Virus record (IMG/VR): IMGVR_UViG_3300025018_000142
Location: 10,353-74,352 of that record
Length of the DNA stretch: 64,000 bases
Strand: one strand, 5' to 3'
Source: a virus
Lineage: Duplodnaviria; Caudoviricetes
Part shown: piece after piece, positions 22,584 to 32,052 of the stretch
How positions within the stretch are numbered: position 1 is the first letter of the stretch
How the letters are laid out: the number at the start of each line of letters is the position of its first letter
Program-made: the position numbers and the translations under genes
Notes under the pieces: generated by a model
Database searches by the model: none
Told to the model about the DNA's origin: nothing
What the model saw: only the letters and a program-made list of their open reading frames with translations

Positions 22584-23144
22584 ATGGCTGTAACCTACAA
22601 AGTAAAAAAAGGAGATACCTTATATGCTATAGGGCGGCGATATGGTATTCCGTGGACCGCTATTTTCAATGCAAATAGAAGCGTGGTGCCTAGTGCGAGA
22701 ACGTTGGGGATTGGTACAACTCTGATTATACCTACGAGCAAAAATACCCCAGGTGCAACCAATACTAACACGGGTACCGAGATTGCAAGGAAGGCATTTA
22801 GTGAAGCGGTGCCGTGGGAGAAGTTTCTACCAACGGACTCAATAAACAAATTCTCCGAATCGCGCGTAAACCCAGAATATCAAAGGTCTGGGGAAGCTGC
22901 GACTAATCGAAACGCATGGCAAACCGGTCTTGCCAATACCTTTAGGAGTGGATTCGCACAGAAACAGGCGCAGGATATTGTAGATGCAAACGAAAGGGCA
23001 AGAAAAGGAGCACTGGCAGATTATGTGCAACAGCAAACAAATCTATTTAGTGACTTGTATGCGAAGGAGTGGGATAAGTACGATAAGAACCCAGCGAACT
23101 ACTTGCCGCAATACGACCGATGGGCACAAAGCATATTGAAGTAA
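22584..23144 (+). CDS. LysM-domain protein
   Basis: YKVKKGDTLYAIGRRYGIPWTAIFNAN...LGIGTTLIIP. Confidence 0.85.
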   Translation: MAVTYKVKKGDTLYAIGRRYGIPWTAIFNANRSVVPSARTLGIGTTLIIPTSKNTPGATNTNTGTEIARKAFSEAVPWEKFLPTDSINKFSESRVNPEYQRSGEAATNRNAWQTGLANTFRSGFAQKQAQDIVDANERARKGALADYVQQQTNLFSDLYAKEWDKYDKNPANYLPQYDRWAQSILK

Positions 23145-23169
23145 ATTGAATTAAGAAGTACAATAGAAC

Positions 23170-23781
23170 ATGGCAAACCTTAGTGCATTAGAAAGAACGA
23201 TTGCGAAGTACGATGCTCAGGCACCAAACATTCAGCAAGATATCAAGAATAAAATCAATGCGCAGTTTGATAACGGCAAGCCATGGCTCGAAGATACAGC
23301 ACGTTGGGAGCGAGATATTCTTCCGGCATTCTACAAGCAATTTGCAGAACAAGGTACAGGTGCATCGGATTTATCCCCAGCACAACAACTGCTACAAGGT
23401 TCACAGAACACTGCAAGAAGCGGTAGACTTGCTGATGTTGGTTCGGGTATTTACGCACGGCAGCAAGATAGGGAATCGGAGATGTTAAGGAATCGGTTGG
23501 CTGCGTGGCAAATGGCTAGGCAAACTGCTACCGATGCTTGGAGCAGGGAAATGCAAAGACAAGCAGCGGCAAGGGCATCGAGGACACCAACTAATCCGTG
23601 GGATAACTTTGATTTTACGGGGGATGATACTGCCGATACATCTACGGGCGCCTCCGTGTCACTGCCAAAGTTGTCGGCTGGTGCTCCAGCTGTCCGGAGT
23701 ACGCAAAATCAACTGATAGGAGCTATTCCCGATGTAATAAAAAGCTTTCTTCCTAACTTCTTAAAGATATTCAAAAGATAA
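23170..23781 (+). CDS. Putative internal virion (ejection) protein
   Basis: Ala/Gln/Arg-rich helical protein after the tail genes. Confidence 0.5.
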   Translation: MANLSALERTIAKYDAQAPNIQQDIKNKINAQFDNGKPWLEDTARWERDILPAFYKQFAEQGTGASDLSPAQQLLQGSQNTARSGRLADVGSGIYARQQDRESEMLRNRLAAWQMARQTATDAWSREMQRQAAARASRTPTNPWDNFDFTGDDTADTSTGASVSLPKLSAGAPAVRSTQNQLIGAIPDVIKSFLPNFLKIFKR

Positions 23782-23782
23782 T

Positions 23783-24436
23783 ATGGCGAAGAAACAAACA
23801 ATAAAGATTAAAGACCCAGAGGTTTTACAGTATCTGCAAATACTTCAGACCATGGGGAGGGCAGACCCAGAGAACGCTTCCCAGTATCTTACACAGGCGA
23901 TGGGTGTCTACACCTCTTACCTAGATTCACAGAAACCAGAGAACAAAGTTGCAAAGATTTACGGCGCAGATATAGCCCCGGCGTTGTTGGGCTCAGGACT
24001 GAAGCCGGAGGCACTTGCCGATGAAAGGTATGCAGATTTTGCAAAGCCGTTAGTTACGCAGTTTATGACACTTAGAAACAAGTATACCCAGGGTACTGCT
24101 AATAAGAACGAAATAAAGAAAATGACCGCACTGGAGGGTCTTATCAATAACCCATCAAGAATATCTGAGTACCAATACTACAAGCCAGACGCGAACGACA
24201 AACAAGGCGTGATAGATAGCAATCTTTTTAGAAAGTCGCTACAGCAAACAGGAAAGGACATGATTCCAAAGAATCCGCTATCTTGGCTGACTCCAGGTGG
24301 ATTCGTAGGAAATGTTGGGAAATCCGCTGTGGGATTAGCTGCACAGGGATTTGCTCAACCAAGTGATTTGGCGATGAAAAACAACGCATTCAAAGACATT
24401 ACAGGAGACATAGGAAATATAAATCCTTTACAGTAA
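23783..24436 (+). CDS. Putative internal virion (ejection) protein
   Basis: Position between small and large ejection-like genes. Confidence 0.45.
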   Translation: MAKKQTIKIKDPEVLQYLQILQTMGRADPENASQYLTQAMGVYTSYLDSQKPENKVAKIYGADIAPALLGSGLKPEALADERYADFAKPLVTQFMTLRNKYTQGTANKNEIKKMTALEGLINNPSRISEYQYYKPDANDKQGVIDSNLFRKSLQQTGKDMIPKNPLSWLTPGGFVGNVGKSAVGLAAQGFAQPSDLAMKNNAFKDITGDIGNINPLQ

Positions 24437-24461
24437 TGGACAGTCGCTATACAATAGAGTT

Positions 24462-27400
24462 ATGGCAGACTTTAGTTTCACAGAAGCATCTCAGAAATTC
24501 AGTAAAAAAAGAAAGAAATCTATCTCTACTAAGATGGCTGCTACTACAGCAGCCCCACAGATGTCGTTGGATGAGATAGTAACAAAGCTTTCAGAAGACC
24601 CAAATTTCAAGACAGAAAATACCAAGGCGAACCTTCTCACTAGATTAGGCTCAGGGCTCGGTGCGCTCAGTTTGACACCACAGTTGGCTGACGTTGCCAG
24701 TGGCGAGAAGGGTGGTGCGCAAGCTGCTATTGACTATTTCCCGCAAGTATTCGATAGGTTAGTAAAGACGTTTAAGCCAAGTACCTCACAATCTGATTTA
24801 GAAAAATATAACGATTCTGCTAGTAGACTTGTATCAAATCTCGGTGGAGATGCTATCAACGATATTCCCTTCGTGGGGAAACCTTTACGTTTTTTGGCTG
24901 ATGTAGCAACCGATATTGGGTTTGACCTAGGTACATACCTCCCGTTGGAGGGGCTACTGGGTATTGGTGGTAAAGTTGCCAATAAAGTCGCTCCAGTTAT
25001 TAAAACAGCGAAGGGGACCTATAAGATTGCAGAAAAAGGATTACCTCTATACGACAACGTAATAAATGCGGTTACTAGAGTTATGGGTAAGGGTAGTGAA
25101 TACGCAGATGACTTTATTAGAAAATTGGATACCGCATATCCGGGTATGGCTACGAAAGTACGGGTTTTATTTGGTAAAAGTGATGCTGCTCCGTTGGCGG
25201 GGAAGGTTGTTGATGATGTCGCTAGTGCCGTAGACAATGTGGTGGGTGATGCAGTTAAAGTAGTAGATTCTCCTGTGGCCTCCGATATTATGAAGAGTAC
25301 AGTAAAGAAAGGTGGGAAATTAGAACAGACATTTGAACAATTCAAGAAGGCTGTTATTAAAAATACAGGGCAGTTTTCTTCCAAAGATGCACAGACTTGG
25401 TATGATATGGCTAAAAATGCCAGAAGTACAAAGGTAACTAAGAAATCACTTAACGCTGCTGAGTCATTTACAAATGCTGCCGATAAGAAAGCGATGAGGG
25501 AAGTAGAGAAACTCACGAAAGCGGCAGGATTAGGAAAGGGAGAGGCAGACGATGCGGTTCGCAGAATTAAACAATTAGGGGGTACAAACGAACTTACCGA
25601 ACTGTCCTCTGTAACTGCCAGAAATGAAGCGGCCTTGGAGATATCACAAACTGTGTACGGTGAAATGATTGAAAATGGCGGAGTATCAAAACTGCTCAAT
25701 ACACTACCCGATGAGATTGCGGCACCTATTAGGGAGATGGTTTCTAAGATGAACGTAGCAGACTTGCACTATGGTGGAAATCCTGTTAAGCCTATGATTG
25801 ACTTGGCGAAATTCGGACAAGAATCTAGGGCTGTACTTCACAAAGCGTTATCCACATTACCGAAGCCATTGTTTGATATGTTAAAATCGACTAAGGTTGG
25901 ATTGACCGCAGCATTTGATAACTTCCCAGTCATGAAAGATTGGCCTATTGTAAGAGATGCGTTTCAAAAGATGCTCAACTCTAATAGAGGAGCTAGGGAA
26001 TATGGACAATCGGTGCTTCGTTATATGACTAGGGAGCTTGATAATGTACTAAAAGCAAAAGGATTTACAGGAACTGATGTTGTGAGTGCAGTTGAATACA
26101 TTGGAAGACCAGCATGGAGAAAAAGAATCTTAAAGAACGTGCCGAATGTAATGGAGATTATCAACGATAAAGAGATGTCTCCACTTCTTAACACAATCAC
26201 GCAGTTATTCAATGAAAAAGAAACGCTAGGACTTCTTGGAATCAGGGAGAACGCAGGATACTTTGCTCGTATGATTGACCCAGACAATGCAGAAGCGATG
26301 GCGGCATACAAGAAGGCTGGGCTACTTAAATCTCCAAAGGCAAAACTCAGCGGATTCGCTAAAGAACGCGCATACAATATCCCGTTCAACGAAGCACAGA
26401 CAGAACTTGCAAAGTTGGGTGGTAAATATAAAGAAGATATGGCCTATGTGCTGGCTACCTATGCTACTAAAATGGCACAGTCCAAAAACACACTATCCTT
26501 CTTTGCAACGCTCATGGACACCCCGTTGGTAAAACTGGCCGAGGACGCGCCTGACAATTTTGTTGCTATTAGCGAGAAGACAATACCCCTGTTCAAAGGG
26601 TACAAGGTACACCCAGAAGTTGCTGGTGTCATGCAGAAGATAGTCGAGGTCACACAGGGCAAGTATAACCCAGCGGGGATATTAAAAATTACTGACTATA
26701 TAACAAACCTATTCAAGTCCAGTGTTACCGTATATTTTCCAGCATTCCACTTCAGGAACTTAATGTCTAACGTATTTAATATCGCAGTGTCTGGACAGAA
26801 TCCGGCAGGAATACCCAGGCTGTTCCGTAAGGCCCTTGATATTGCTAAATACGGGAAGATGTTAGAAGAAGGGAAAGATGTGGCAAAGTTTGGTGAGAAG
26901 ATTCTCTCAACCGTCCGAGGGAAATCCTATACAGTCGCTGACCTATTTGAACTCACAAGAGTGAACGGAGTACGAGGTGGACAGGTTATTGAATCCATTG
27001 GAAAGGGAAACGCGTTAGATGAAATTGGAAAGAACACTCTTGGCAGATTGAAAGATGTTGCACAAAACGCGGGTAAAAGAGTGGAAGGTGATTCTCGTGT
27101 TGCTATGTTTCTATCTGGGTTAGAGCGAGGTGCTACCCCAAGTAACGCCGCGGGAATGGTTAAGAAGTTCCTGTTTAATTACGATGAACTCACGGACTTT
27201 GAAAGGAACTGGATGAAGCGCCTAATACCCTTCTATTCGTATATGCGATTCAATATCGAGTTGCAGTTACAGCTCATGGTGCAGAATCCAAAGCTGTACT
27301 CGAAGTTACTAAAAGCTGGAAACGCTTTGGCTGGCCCTGAAAACGAAGAGAATGTGCTGCCAGATTGGACCAAGCAAACGCTAGGATTGGACCTAAATGG

Positions 27401-28034
27401 ACTTCCCGGATTACCAAACGCCACATCTGGTACACAGATATTTTCTCCTGGACTTGGATTGCCCCCAGAGCAACTCAATAGTATATTCGGTAGAACTCCG
27501 CGAGAAAGTGGCGAGAACCTACTCGGTTCACTTAACCCACTGCTAAAAGTACCCCTAGAGCAGATATTTGACTACAATCTGTTTAAGGGAAAGAAAATTA
27601 GCGAAGATACTGACGGAACACAGTTCAAGAATGCACCCCTCGCAATCAAGAAATTCATGGGCTATAAGGAAACAGCCGTTGAAATGAAAGACCGAGACGG
27701 GAATATCAAGAAGTCAACACGGTATACCGTAGACGCACAAAAGAAGTATATGCTTAACGCCTCCGTTGGTAGGGGTAGTTCTACAACACTGAGGTTGGTG
27801 GATTTGCTTAATAATGTAAATAGTGGAAAAGGCTCGTGGGTAGACATACTTCCGTTATTTACGGGGATAAAGACCTACAGCTTCAATATAGCAGACGAAC
27901 AGGCGAAGCGAGAAGCAGAGAAAAAGAAACGGGTACTTAACAAATTATTAGAAGAAGGATACGGGAAGAGTTATACGAGTTCCTCTTTAGATGCAGAGGC
28001 AAGACAACAGGTGATTGACAAGTATCTACAGTAG
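24462..28034 (+). CDS. Large internal virion / DNA ejection protein
   Basis: 1190 aa, helical; C-terminal FPAFHFRN and FNYDELTDFERNWMKRLIPFYSYMRFN...NP motifs typical of large podoviral injected proteins. Confidence 0.65.
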   Translation: MADFSFTEASQKFSKKRKKSISTKMAATTAAPQMSLDEIVTKLSEDPNFKTENTKANLLTRLGSGLGALSLTPQLADVASGEKGGAQAAIDYFPQVFDRLVKTFKPSTSQSDLEKYNDSASRLVSNLGGDAINDIPFVGKPLRFLADVATDIGFDLGTYLPLEGLLGIGGKVANKVAPVIKTAKGTYKIAEKGLPLYDNVINAVTRVMGKGSEYADDFIRKLDTAYPGMATKVRVLFGKSDAAPLAGKVVDDVASAVDNVVGDAVKVVDSPVASDIMKSTVKKGGKLEQTFEQFKKAVIKNTGQFSSKDAQTWYDMAKNARSTKVTKKSLNAAESFTNAADKKAMREVEKLTKAAGLGKGEADDAVRRIKQLGGTNELTELSSVTARNEAALEISQTVYGEMIENGGVSKLLNTLPDEIAAPIREMVSKMNVADLHYGGNPVKPMIDLAKFGQESRAVLHKALSTLPKPLFDMLKSTKVGLTAAFDNFPVMKDWPIVRDAFQKMLNSNRGAREYGQSVLRYMTRELDNVLKAKGFTGTDVVSAVEYIGRPAWRKRILKNVPNVMEIINDKEMSPLLNTITQLFNEKETLGLLGIRENAGYFARMIDPDNAEAMAAYKKAGLLKSPKAKLSGFAKERAYNIPFNEAQTELAKLGGKYKEDMAYVLATYATKMAQSKNTLSFFATLMDTPLVKLAEDAPDNFVAISEKTIPLFKGYKVHPEVAGVMQKIVEVTQGKYNPAGILKITDYITNLFKSSVTVYFPAFHFRNLMSNVFNIAVSGQNPAGIPRLFRKALDIAKYGKMLEEGKDVAKFGEKILSTVRGKSYTVADLFELTRVNGVRGGQVIESIGKGNALDEIGKNTLGRLKDVAQNAGKRVEGDSRVAMFLSGLERGATPSNAAGMVKKFLFNYDELTDFERNWMKRLIPFYSYMRFNIELQLQLMVQNPKLYSKLLKAGNALAGPENEENVLPDWTKQTLGLDLNGLPGLPNATSGTQIFSPGLGLPPEQLNSIFGRTPRESGENLLGSLNPLLKVPLEQIFDYNLFKGKKISEDTDGTQFKNAPLAIKKFMGYKETAVEMKDRDGNIKKSTRYTVDAQKKYMLNASVGRGSSTTLRLVDLLNNVNSGKGSWVDILPLFTGIKTYSFNIADEQAKREAEKKKRVLNKLLEEGYGKSYTSSSLDAEARQQVIDKYLQ

Positions 28035-28043
28035 CGGTAGAAT
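28015..28043 (+). promoter_or_regulatory. Leaderless-type promoter
   Basis: TTGACA, 17 nt, TAGAAT, 5 nt, ATG 28049. Confidence 0.7.
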
Positions 28044-28048
28044 AGTTC

Positions 28049-28543
28049 ATGAAAACATTAGATGTAAAGGCAATCAAGATTCCGCAGAATTTTCTATATC
28101 AACCTGGGTTATTCAATAAGCAGGAAGAGATTGAGAAATGGGTGGAAGAAGAGGTGTATAACAAGACGCGCAACGATGATGTAGTCGTATTCAAGCTTGG
28201 CGATAAGGTAGCCGAGTCCAAAGTATTTATATCTGTTATCAGCGATGAATCCTTCATGTTGACAAAGGCTGGCGGTAAAGCGGCACTTATAGATAGAAAG
28301 AATCTATTTGGGAGGGATATGCGATGGGGAATTTACGGTGCTATGCAGACGAATCTTTATGCTGATTTAATCGTGATTATACTGAGGAAACTTATTGGGT
28401 TGCACAACAATGAGATTGCTCCAGTCAAAAAGGAAGAGGAGCTTAACAAGATGGTTGATGCTATGGTCCCGGAGTTTACTAAACCGAAGGTGAATCTGTT
28501 TGCGAAGAAGAAAAAGAAGAGGGCGGTTCGCAAGAAGAAATAA
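28049..28543 (+). CDS. Hypothetical protein with Lys-rich C-terminus
   Basis: 164-aa ORF with its own promoter; last + strand gene of the module. Confidence 0.6.
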   Translation: MKTLDVKAIKIPQNFLYQPGLFNKQEEIEKWVEEEVYNKTRNDDVVVFKLGDKVAESKVFISVISDESFMLTKAGGKAALIDRKNLFGRDMRWGIYGAMQTNLYADLIVIILRKLIGLHNNEIAPVKKEEELNKMVDAMVPEFTKPKVNLFAKKKKKRAVRKKK

Positions 28544-29138
28544 AGTCGTCGAACTCTCCGCACTCTAATCTCCATGAAATATCGTAGAGGCAGTTCTTTA
28601 CTTGCTCATACATTTCACCTATTTTTCTGTCCGACATGGTAACACACAGTGGCTTGCCGTTTGCTACTGCGGTTTGATAATCTTGGTCCCACCGAATAGG
28701 CACCACATATCCCTCGTCAACGGGGATTCCCTTCACCATTCTAGCAAGAACGGCGTAGAAAACAATTTGCTTACCGTAGTACGGATAGAGTTTCCCCGAC
28801 TTGTAATCAATAATCTTTCCGATATTGTTTCTAAAGATAATCAGCTTATCAAGTTGACCTACCATCATACCCTCATCTCCAATAGGCAGTTCAAGTTTCA
28901 TTTGCGATTCAGAGTAGATAGTGACGGGTTCTTCATCAAATTTCAGTATCAACTCGTTTTCTACAGCCGTGTGTAGGTCCACGCCAGTTCTCATGGCACC
29001 AGTATAAACACCTGCCATTTCAGCCAAGTAGGTCCAGAGTTGCTTGTATTGCCCTGCTTCCCAGAAGTGAAAGGCAGTCCAAGATACACGGATTCTTGGG
29101 AACAACCTACGGTACTTAGAGTATTTTGCGTCAATCAT
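28479..29138 (-). CDS. PD-(D/E)XK nuclease family exonuclease
   Basis: G..LH..VE, GQLDKL, IIDYKSGK, Q..FYA motifs. Confidence 0.8.
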   Translation of the reverse strand: MIDAKYSKYRRLFPRIRVSWTAFHFWEAGQYKQLWTYLAEMAGVYTGAMRTGVDLHTAVENELILKFDEEPVTIYSESQMKLELPIGDEGMMVGQLDKLIIFRNNIGKIIDYKSGKLYPYYGKQIVFYAVLARMVKGIPVDEGYVVPIRWDQDYQTAVANGKPLCVTMSDRKIGEMYEQVKNCLYDISWRLECGEFDDFISSCEPPSSFSSSQTDSPSV

Positions 29139-29142
29139 AATA

Positions 29143-29508
29143 CTACAACTTGTATGTAAACTTAAAAAGCAGTCTCTGTGATGCCCATAATTTTAACTCG
29201 CTCACATCCCATGTCAGGATGCGAAGAGTCTCCCTGTAGTCATCAATGATTTTCAATAGACTATTGTAGCGTTCATTGGCGTATTTGACGTTTTCATTTA
29301 ATCTTCGTAAGACCTCAATTTGAGCATCGTCAAAACTGGAGAACACCACACTTCTCTGCACTATCTCCACACTCTTGTTCGTGTCAATAAAGCAATTGAG
29401 GCTTACCATGTCTTGCGTAAGAAACTTCCCACTAAATAGGAACATGTAGCCATCCATTCTTTCGCCTATACACCACACTACCTTACCCTTCATAGTATTT
29501 AGTTTCAT
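29143..29508 (-). CDS. Hypothetical protein
   Basis: ORF in a tightly packed minus-strand operon; ATG 29508 avoids the overlap (track start 29523). Confidence 0.55.
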   Translation of the reverse strand: MKLNTMKGKVVWCIGERMDGYMFLFSGKFLTQDMVSLNCFIDTNKSVEIVQRSVVFSSFDDAQIEVLRRLNENVKYANERYNSLLKIIDDYRETLRILTWDVSELKLWASQRLLFKFTYKL

Positions 29509-29509
29509 A

Positions 29510-29851
29510 TTACTCCTTTCCAAATCTTATCGTTAAACTCGGTTCACTAACCTTGCTGGTAAGACCAGATGGGACTGCGGATGTAGCGTGTTTATTTTGC
29601 CACTTTGTCACCTCGGCAACCGATACCGATTTAGTTAATGTGATTTCCTCCGGAATAATTGCATCATCTACAATTTCATAAGAAGTCCTTACGGTTATGT
29701 TTGCACTGACACCCTCGCCAATCATCTTGTCCACTCCTTTGGTTTTCATGTGAGCCATGATGACTTCTTTCGCCTCGTCTGATTTTTCTTTGAGGGAAAC
29801 TTCCGCCTCTTTGATTTTCTTTAATTTGATAAATGCTTCTTCGACTGTCAT
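29510..29851 (-). CDS. Gp157/Gam-like small coiled-coil protein
   Basis: N-terminal coiled coil, then VDDAIIPEE...V....V and C-terminal LTIR pattern. Confidence 0.4.
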   Translation of the reverse strand: MTVEEAFIKLKKIKEAEVSLKEKSDEAKEVIMAHMKTKGVDKMIGEGVSANITVRTSYEIVDDAIIPEEITLTKSVSVAEVTKWQNKHATSAVPSGLTSKVSEPSLTIRFGKE

Positions 29852-30249
29852 GATTCTCTGTTTAATAAAGTTAGTAACAAATATCCTAATACCTCTCCAA
29901 AGTTTTCGTTGGAGTATTTTACAATCTCTCCCTTGTACTTTATCGCTCCTTCATAAATTATTTTATTGAAGAGATACTCGTACCCCTTCTTTACTCCAAT
30001 CGTAAACTCATCGTCTCTGTCCGTAAAATCTAAAATCTCTTTCAGAACTTGCCATAGTGGAAATGCAGGAACATCTTTTTCTGTTTTGCCTGTCCAAAGT
30101 AGCCTACCAGACCTCCAGAAGTATTTGCTCTGAGACACTATATGGTGGCCAAGAGCTAAACTCCCCGTTTCCGGAACAAACCCAGACAGTAAATGTGCCG
30201 TCCTATCTCTTCTGACCGTTTTTGACACCATTTTAGCCACGATGCCCAA
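29848..30249 (-). CDS. Hypothetical protein
   Basis: 133-aa ORF, ATGA-coupled to the downstream gene. Confidence 0.55.
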   Translation of the reverse strand: MGIVAKMVSKTVRRDRTAHLLSGFVPETGSLALGHHIVSQSKYFWRSGRLLWTGKTEKDVPAFPLWQVLKEILDFTDRDDEFTIGVKKGYEYLFNKIIYEGAIKYKGEIVKYSNENFGEVLGYLLLTLLNRES

Positions 30250-30250
30250 G

Positions 30251-30379
30251 TTACCGTGCCTTTAGTTTATCTATTGCCTTGCTCCACTGTTCCTTGGTCC
30301 CAAAAGACTTCCTGTATTTTGTTGGTACTCCGTTTCTCTTCGCCAGTTTGTTAAACAAGTGCTTCTTAGTGTCTTTCAT
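30251..30379 (-). CDS. Small basic protein (42 aa, not in track)
   Basis: MKDTKKHLFNKLAKRNGVPTKYRKSFGTKEQWSKAIDKLKAR*; fills the gap with 1-2 nt spacing to both neighbours. Confidence 0.55.
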   Translation of the reverse strand: MKDTKKHLFNKLAKRNGVPTKYRKSFGTKEQWSKAIDKLKAR

Positions 30380-30381
30380 AA

Positions 30382-30576
30382 CTATTTCCTGAACTTAGAT
30401 AATATACTTTCGATAATCAACGCTGGAACTACCCACACCCATTGATACCACTTTAACTTCGGTACGTCAAAATCACCTTCCATACTTTCCCGGTTTAATT
30501 TATCGTTTCTTGTCTTTGTGATTATTGTGATTCGGTTGATTTGATTTACTTCTTTCTTTGTGTCCGCCTTTGTCAT
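30382..30576 (-). CDS. Small membrane-associated protein
   Basis: C-terminal hydrophobic WYQWVWVVPALIIESIL. Confidence 0.45.
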   Translation of the reverse strand: MTKADTKKEVNQINRITIITKTRNDKLNRESMEGDFDVPKLKWYQWVWVVPALIIESILSKFRK

Positions 30577-30745
30577 AAGACGGTGTACCCCTCTCTCTTC
30601 GTACCCATGACGGCTTTGATGGCTTCTTAATTTTCTGTACGTTTGCCTGTTCGCACATATAGCCGTGAAACGCTACCTGCAACGGTGTACGCTCCTCAAT
30701 ATACGGTCCGCCTTCGCAGACACTTCCCTGCTCATCTTCTGGCAT
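30500..30745 (-). CDS. Small protein containing GYMCEQAN motif
   Basis: Starts 5 nt after the upstream stop; motif shared with the 17511-17684 frame; 3' end overlaps ORF 30382-30576. Confidence 0.45.
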   Translation of the reverse strand: MPEDEQGSVCEGGPYIEERTPLQVAFHGYMCEQANVQKIKKPSKPSWVRRERGTPSYDKGGHKERSKSNQPNHNNHKDKKR

Positions 30746-30749
30746 ATTC

Positions 30750-30863
30750 CTACTTTTTTAACTTATTGTTTCTTGCTCTTAAATGCGTCTTTGCGACCTG
30801 TGCCCTTTTTAGCCTTTTCGCCTCTAGGCTCTTTCTGCGCCTTTCCTGTACGTCTTGTTTCAT
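30750..30863 (-). CDS. Small basic protein (37 aa, not in track)
   Basis: MKQDVQERRRKSLEAKRLKRAQVAKTHLRARNNKLKK*; ATGA overlap with upstream ORF. Confidence 0.5.
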   Translation of the reverse strand: MKQDVQERRRKSLEAKRLKRAQVAKTHLRARNNKLKK

Positions 30864-31357
30864 TTTACTTTATCAATCAACTTATGAACCGCCTTCACTA
30901 ATTCGTTTACTTTTCTCCACAACTTCCTTATAAGCTCCTCGTTATCTCCAGTACCCCCTAGTTCCTCAATCCTCTCACTGGTGGCTTCAGAGTTGGCGGA
31001 CTGAGCTGGTTTAATATCTTCAACTTTTAACAGCTCTCTTTCTTTCATTGACTTACCTGTTTTATCACAGCTGTAACCAGTTGCTCTTGGGGTACTAAGG
31101 AATATAGGCTCAAAGCAATACGGGCAAAATCTCAGATTATCCTTAGCTTCACTATAGGTAAAATCTTTTTCTTCCTGTTCCTTCGGTGGGGATACTGGGA
31201 CTTGCAATCTTGGTACACCTGCTTTAGCCAGTATTTTGTCCTCTATGTCTTTGTCGTAGCAAGACTTGTGATACCAAGGGTCTGAACAGGTCTGAAAGCT
31301 ACTCTGTATTATAGCCAATTTTCTTCCAAGACCTTTTTTACATATTTCGCAATTCAT
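30860..31357 (-). CDS. Zinc-finger protein
   Basis: CxxC..C....H..C and CxxC...C motifs; C-terminal LWRKVNELV helix. Confidence 0.6.
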   Translation of the reverse strand: MNCEICKKGLGRKLAIIQSSFQTCSDPWYHKSCYDKDIEDKILAKAGVPRLQVPVSPPKEQEEKDFTYSEAKDNLRFCPYCFEPIFLSTPRATGYSCDKTGKSMKERELLKVEDIKPAQSANSEATSERIEELGGTGDNEELIRKLWRKVNELVKAVHKLIDKVK

Positions 31358-31385
31358 ACTTCTTTCCCCTCGCTAATTTATTCAA

Positions 31386-31568
31386 CTATTCCTTTCTAAC
31401 ATCTTGCACATATTCCGTGGGTGTCTTTGTCCCTTCTAGCTCAAATATAGGAAACACGATAAGCCTTAACCTTTGTTCTTTGGTTAAAGAATAATACAGC
31501 TTCCGACCAATGTCTTTTTTCAGCCGTGCCAGTTCCTCTCTGTCAGTTCCTTTGACAATTAGTTTCAT
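31386..31568 (-). CDS. Hypothetical protein
   Basis: 60-aa ORF downstream of the structured region. Confidence 0.45.
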   Translation of the reverse strand: MKLIVKGTDREELARLKKDIGRKLYYSLTKEQRLRLIVFPIFELEGTKTPTEYVQDVRKE

Positions 31569-31609
31569 GATGTCTGTACTTATAATTTATTTAACTTTCA
31601 CCCCAGTAT

Positions 31610-31875
31610 TCAATGTCCTCTCCTTTTTCCTTTCGGAAGGGCGAGAGGTGTTCCCTTATTACAGGGGTTAGCCTGCAATGGCTAAAACTGTGGTGTCATC
31701 AATACCACCCGCTTTTGGAAGAAGCAGTAAACTTTCTCTACGAGACCAGTCCATTTACCGTTTGGACAAACGTGAGTAAAGCACTCAGGGGAGCTGTTCA
31801 GTGTGCGACACTGCTCACAACTCGTTTTTTAGACGTGTCCCAGCTCCCCTCAATCCTCTATAAAATAGCTCACAT
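31610..31875 (-). ncRNA. Candidate structured non-coding RNA (unassigned)
   Basis: Nine near-contiguous hairpins including a perfect 10-bp stem (31787-96/31841-50) and a GAAA tetraloop on the minus strand; no minus-strand ORF of 60 aa or more. Confidence 0.55.
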
Positions 31876-32052
31876 CTGGGTAGGGGTATGGCATACGTTT
31901 CATAGTCCCATATAAACATTATGCACCCATCGGTATGCGTTAGAACCAGACATACCTAAGTTTCTACCCAGTTATCAACCATCTTTCAATTGTTTCAAAG
32001 AGCCACTGTACTCCTCTTACCATAACCTTTTCCCCAATCTGTATTGCATTTT

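Noticed and set aside
28479-29138. Cas4 / CRISPR adaptation gene
   Set aside because: PD-(D/E)XK core is present but the four-Cys Fe-S motif is not; no array or cas1/cas2. Typical phage exonuclease.
31613-31915. + strand 100-aa ORF over the hairpin-rich region
   Set aside because: Antisense to the surrounding operon, no promoter/RBS or recognisable motif; the GAAA tetraloop favours a minus-strand RNA.
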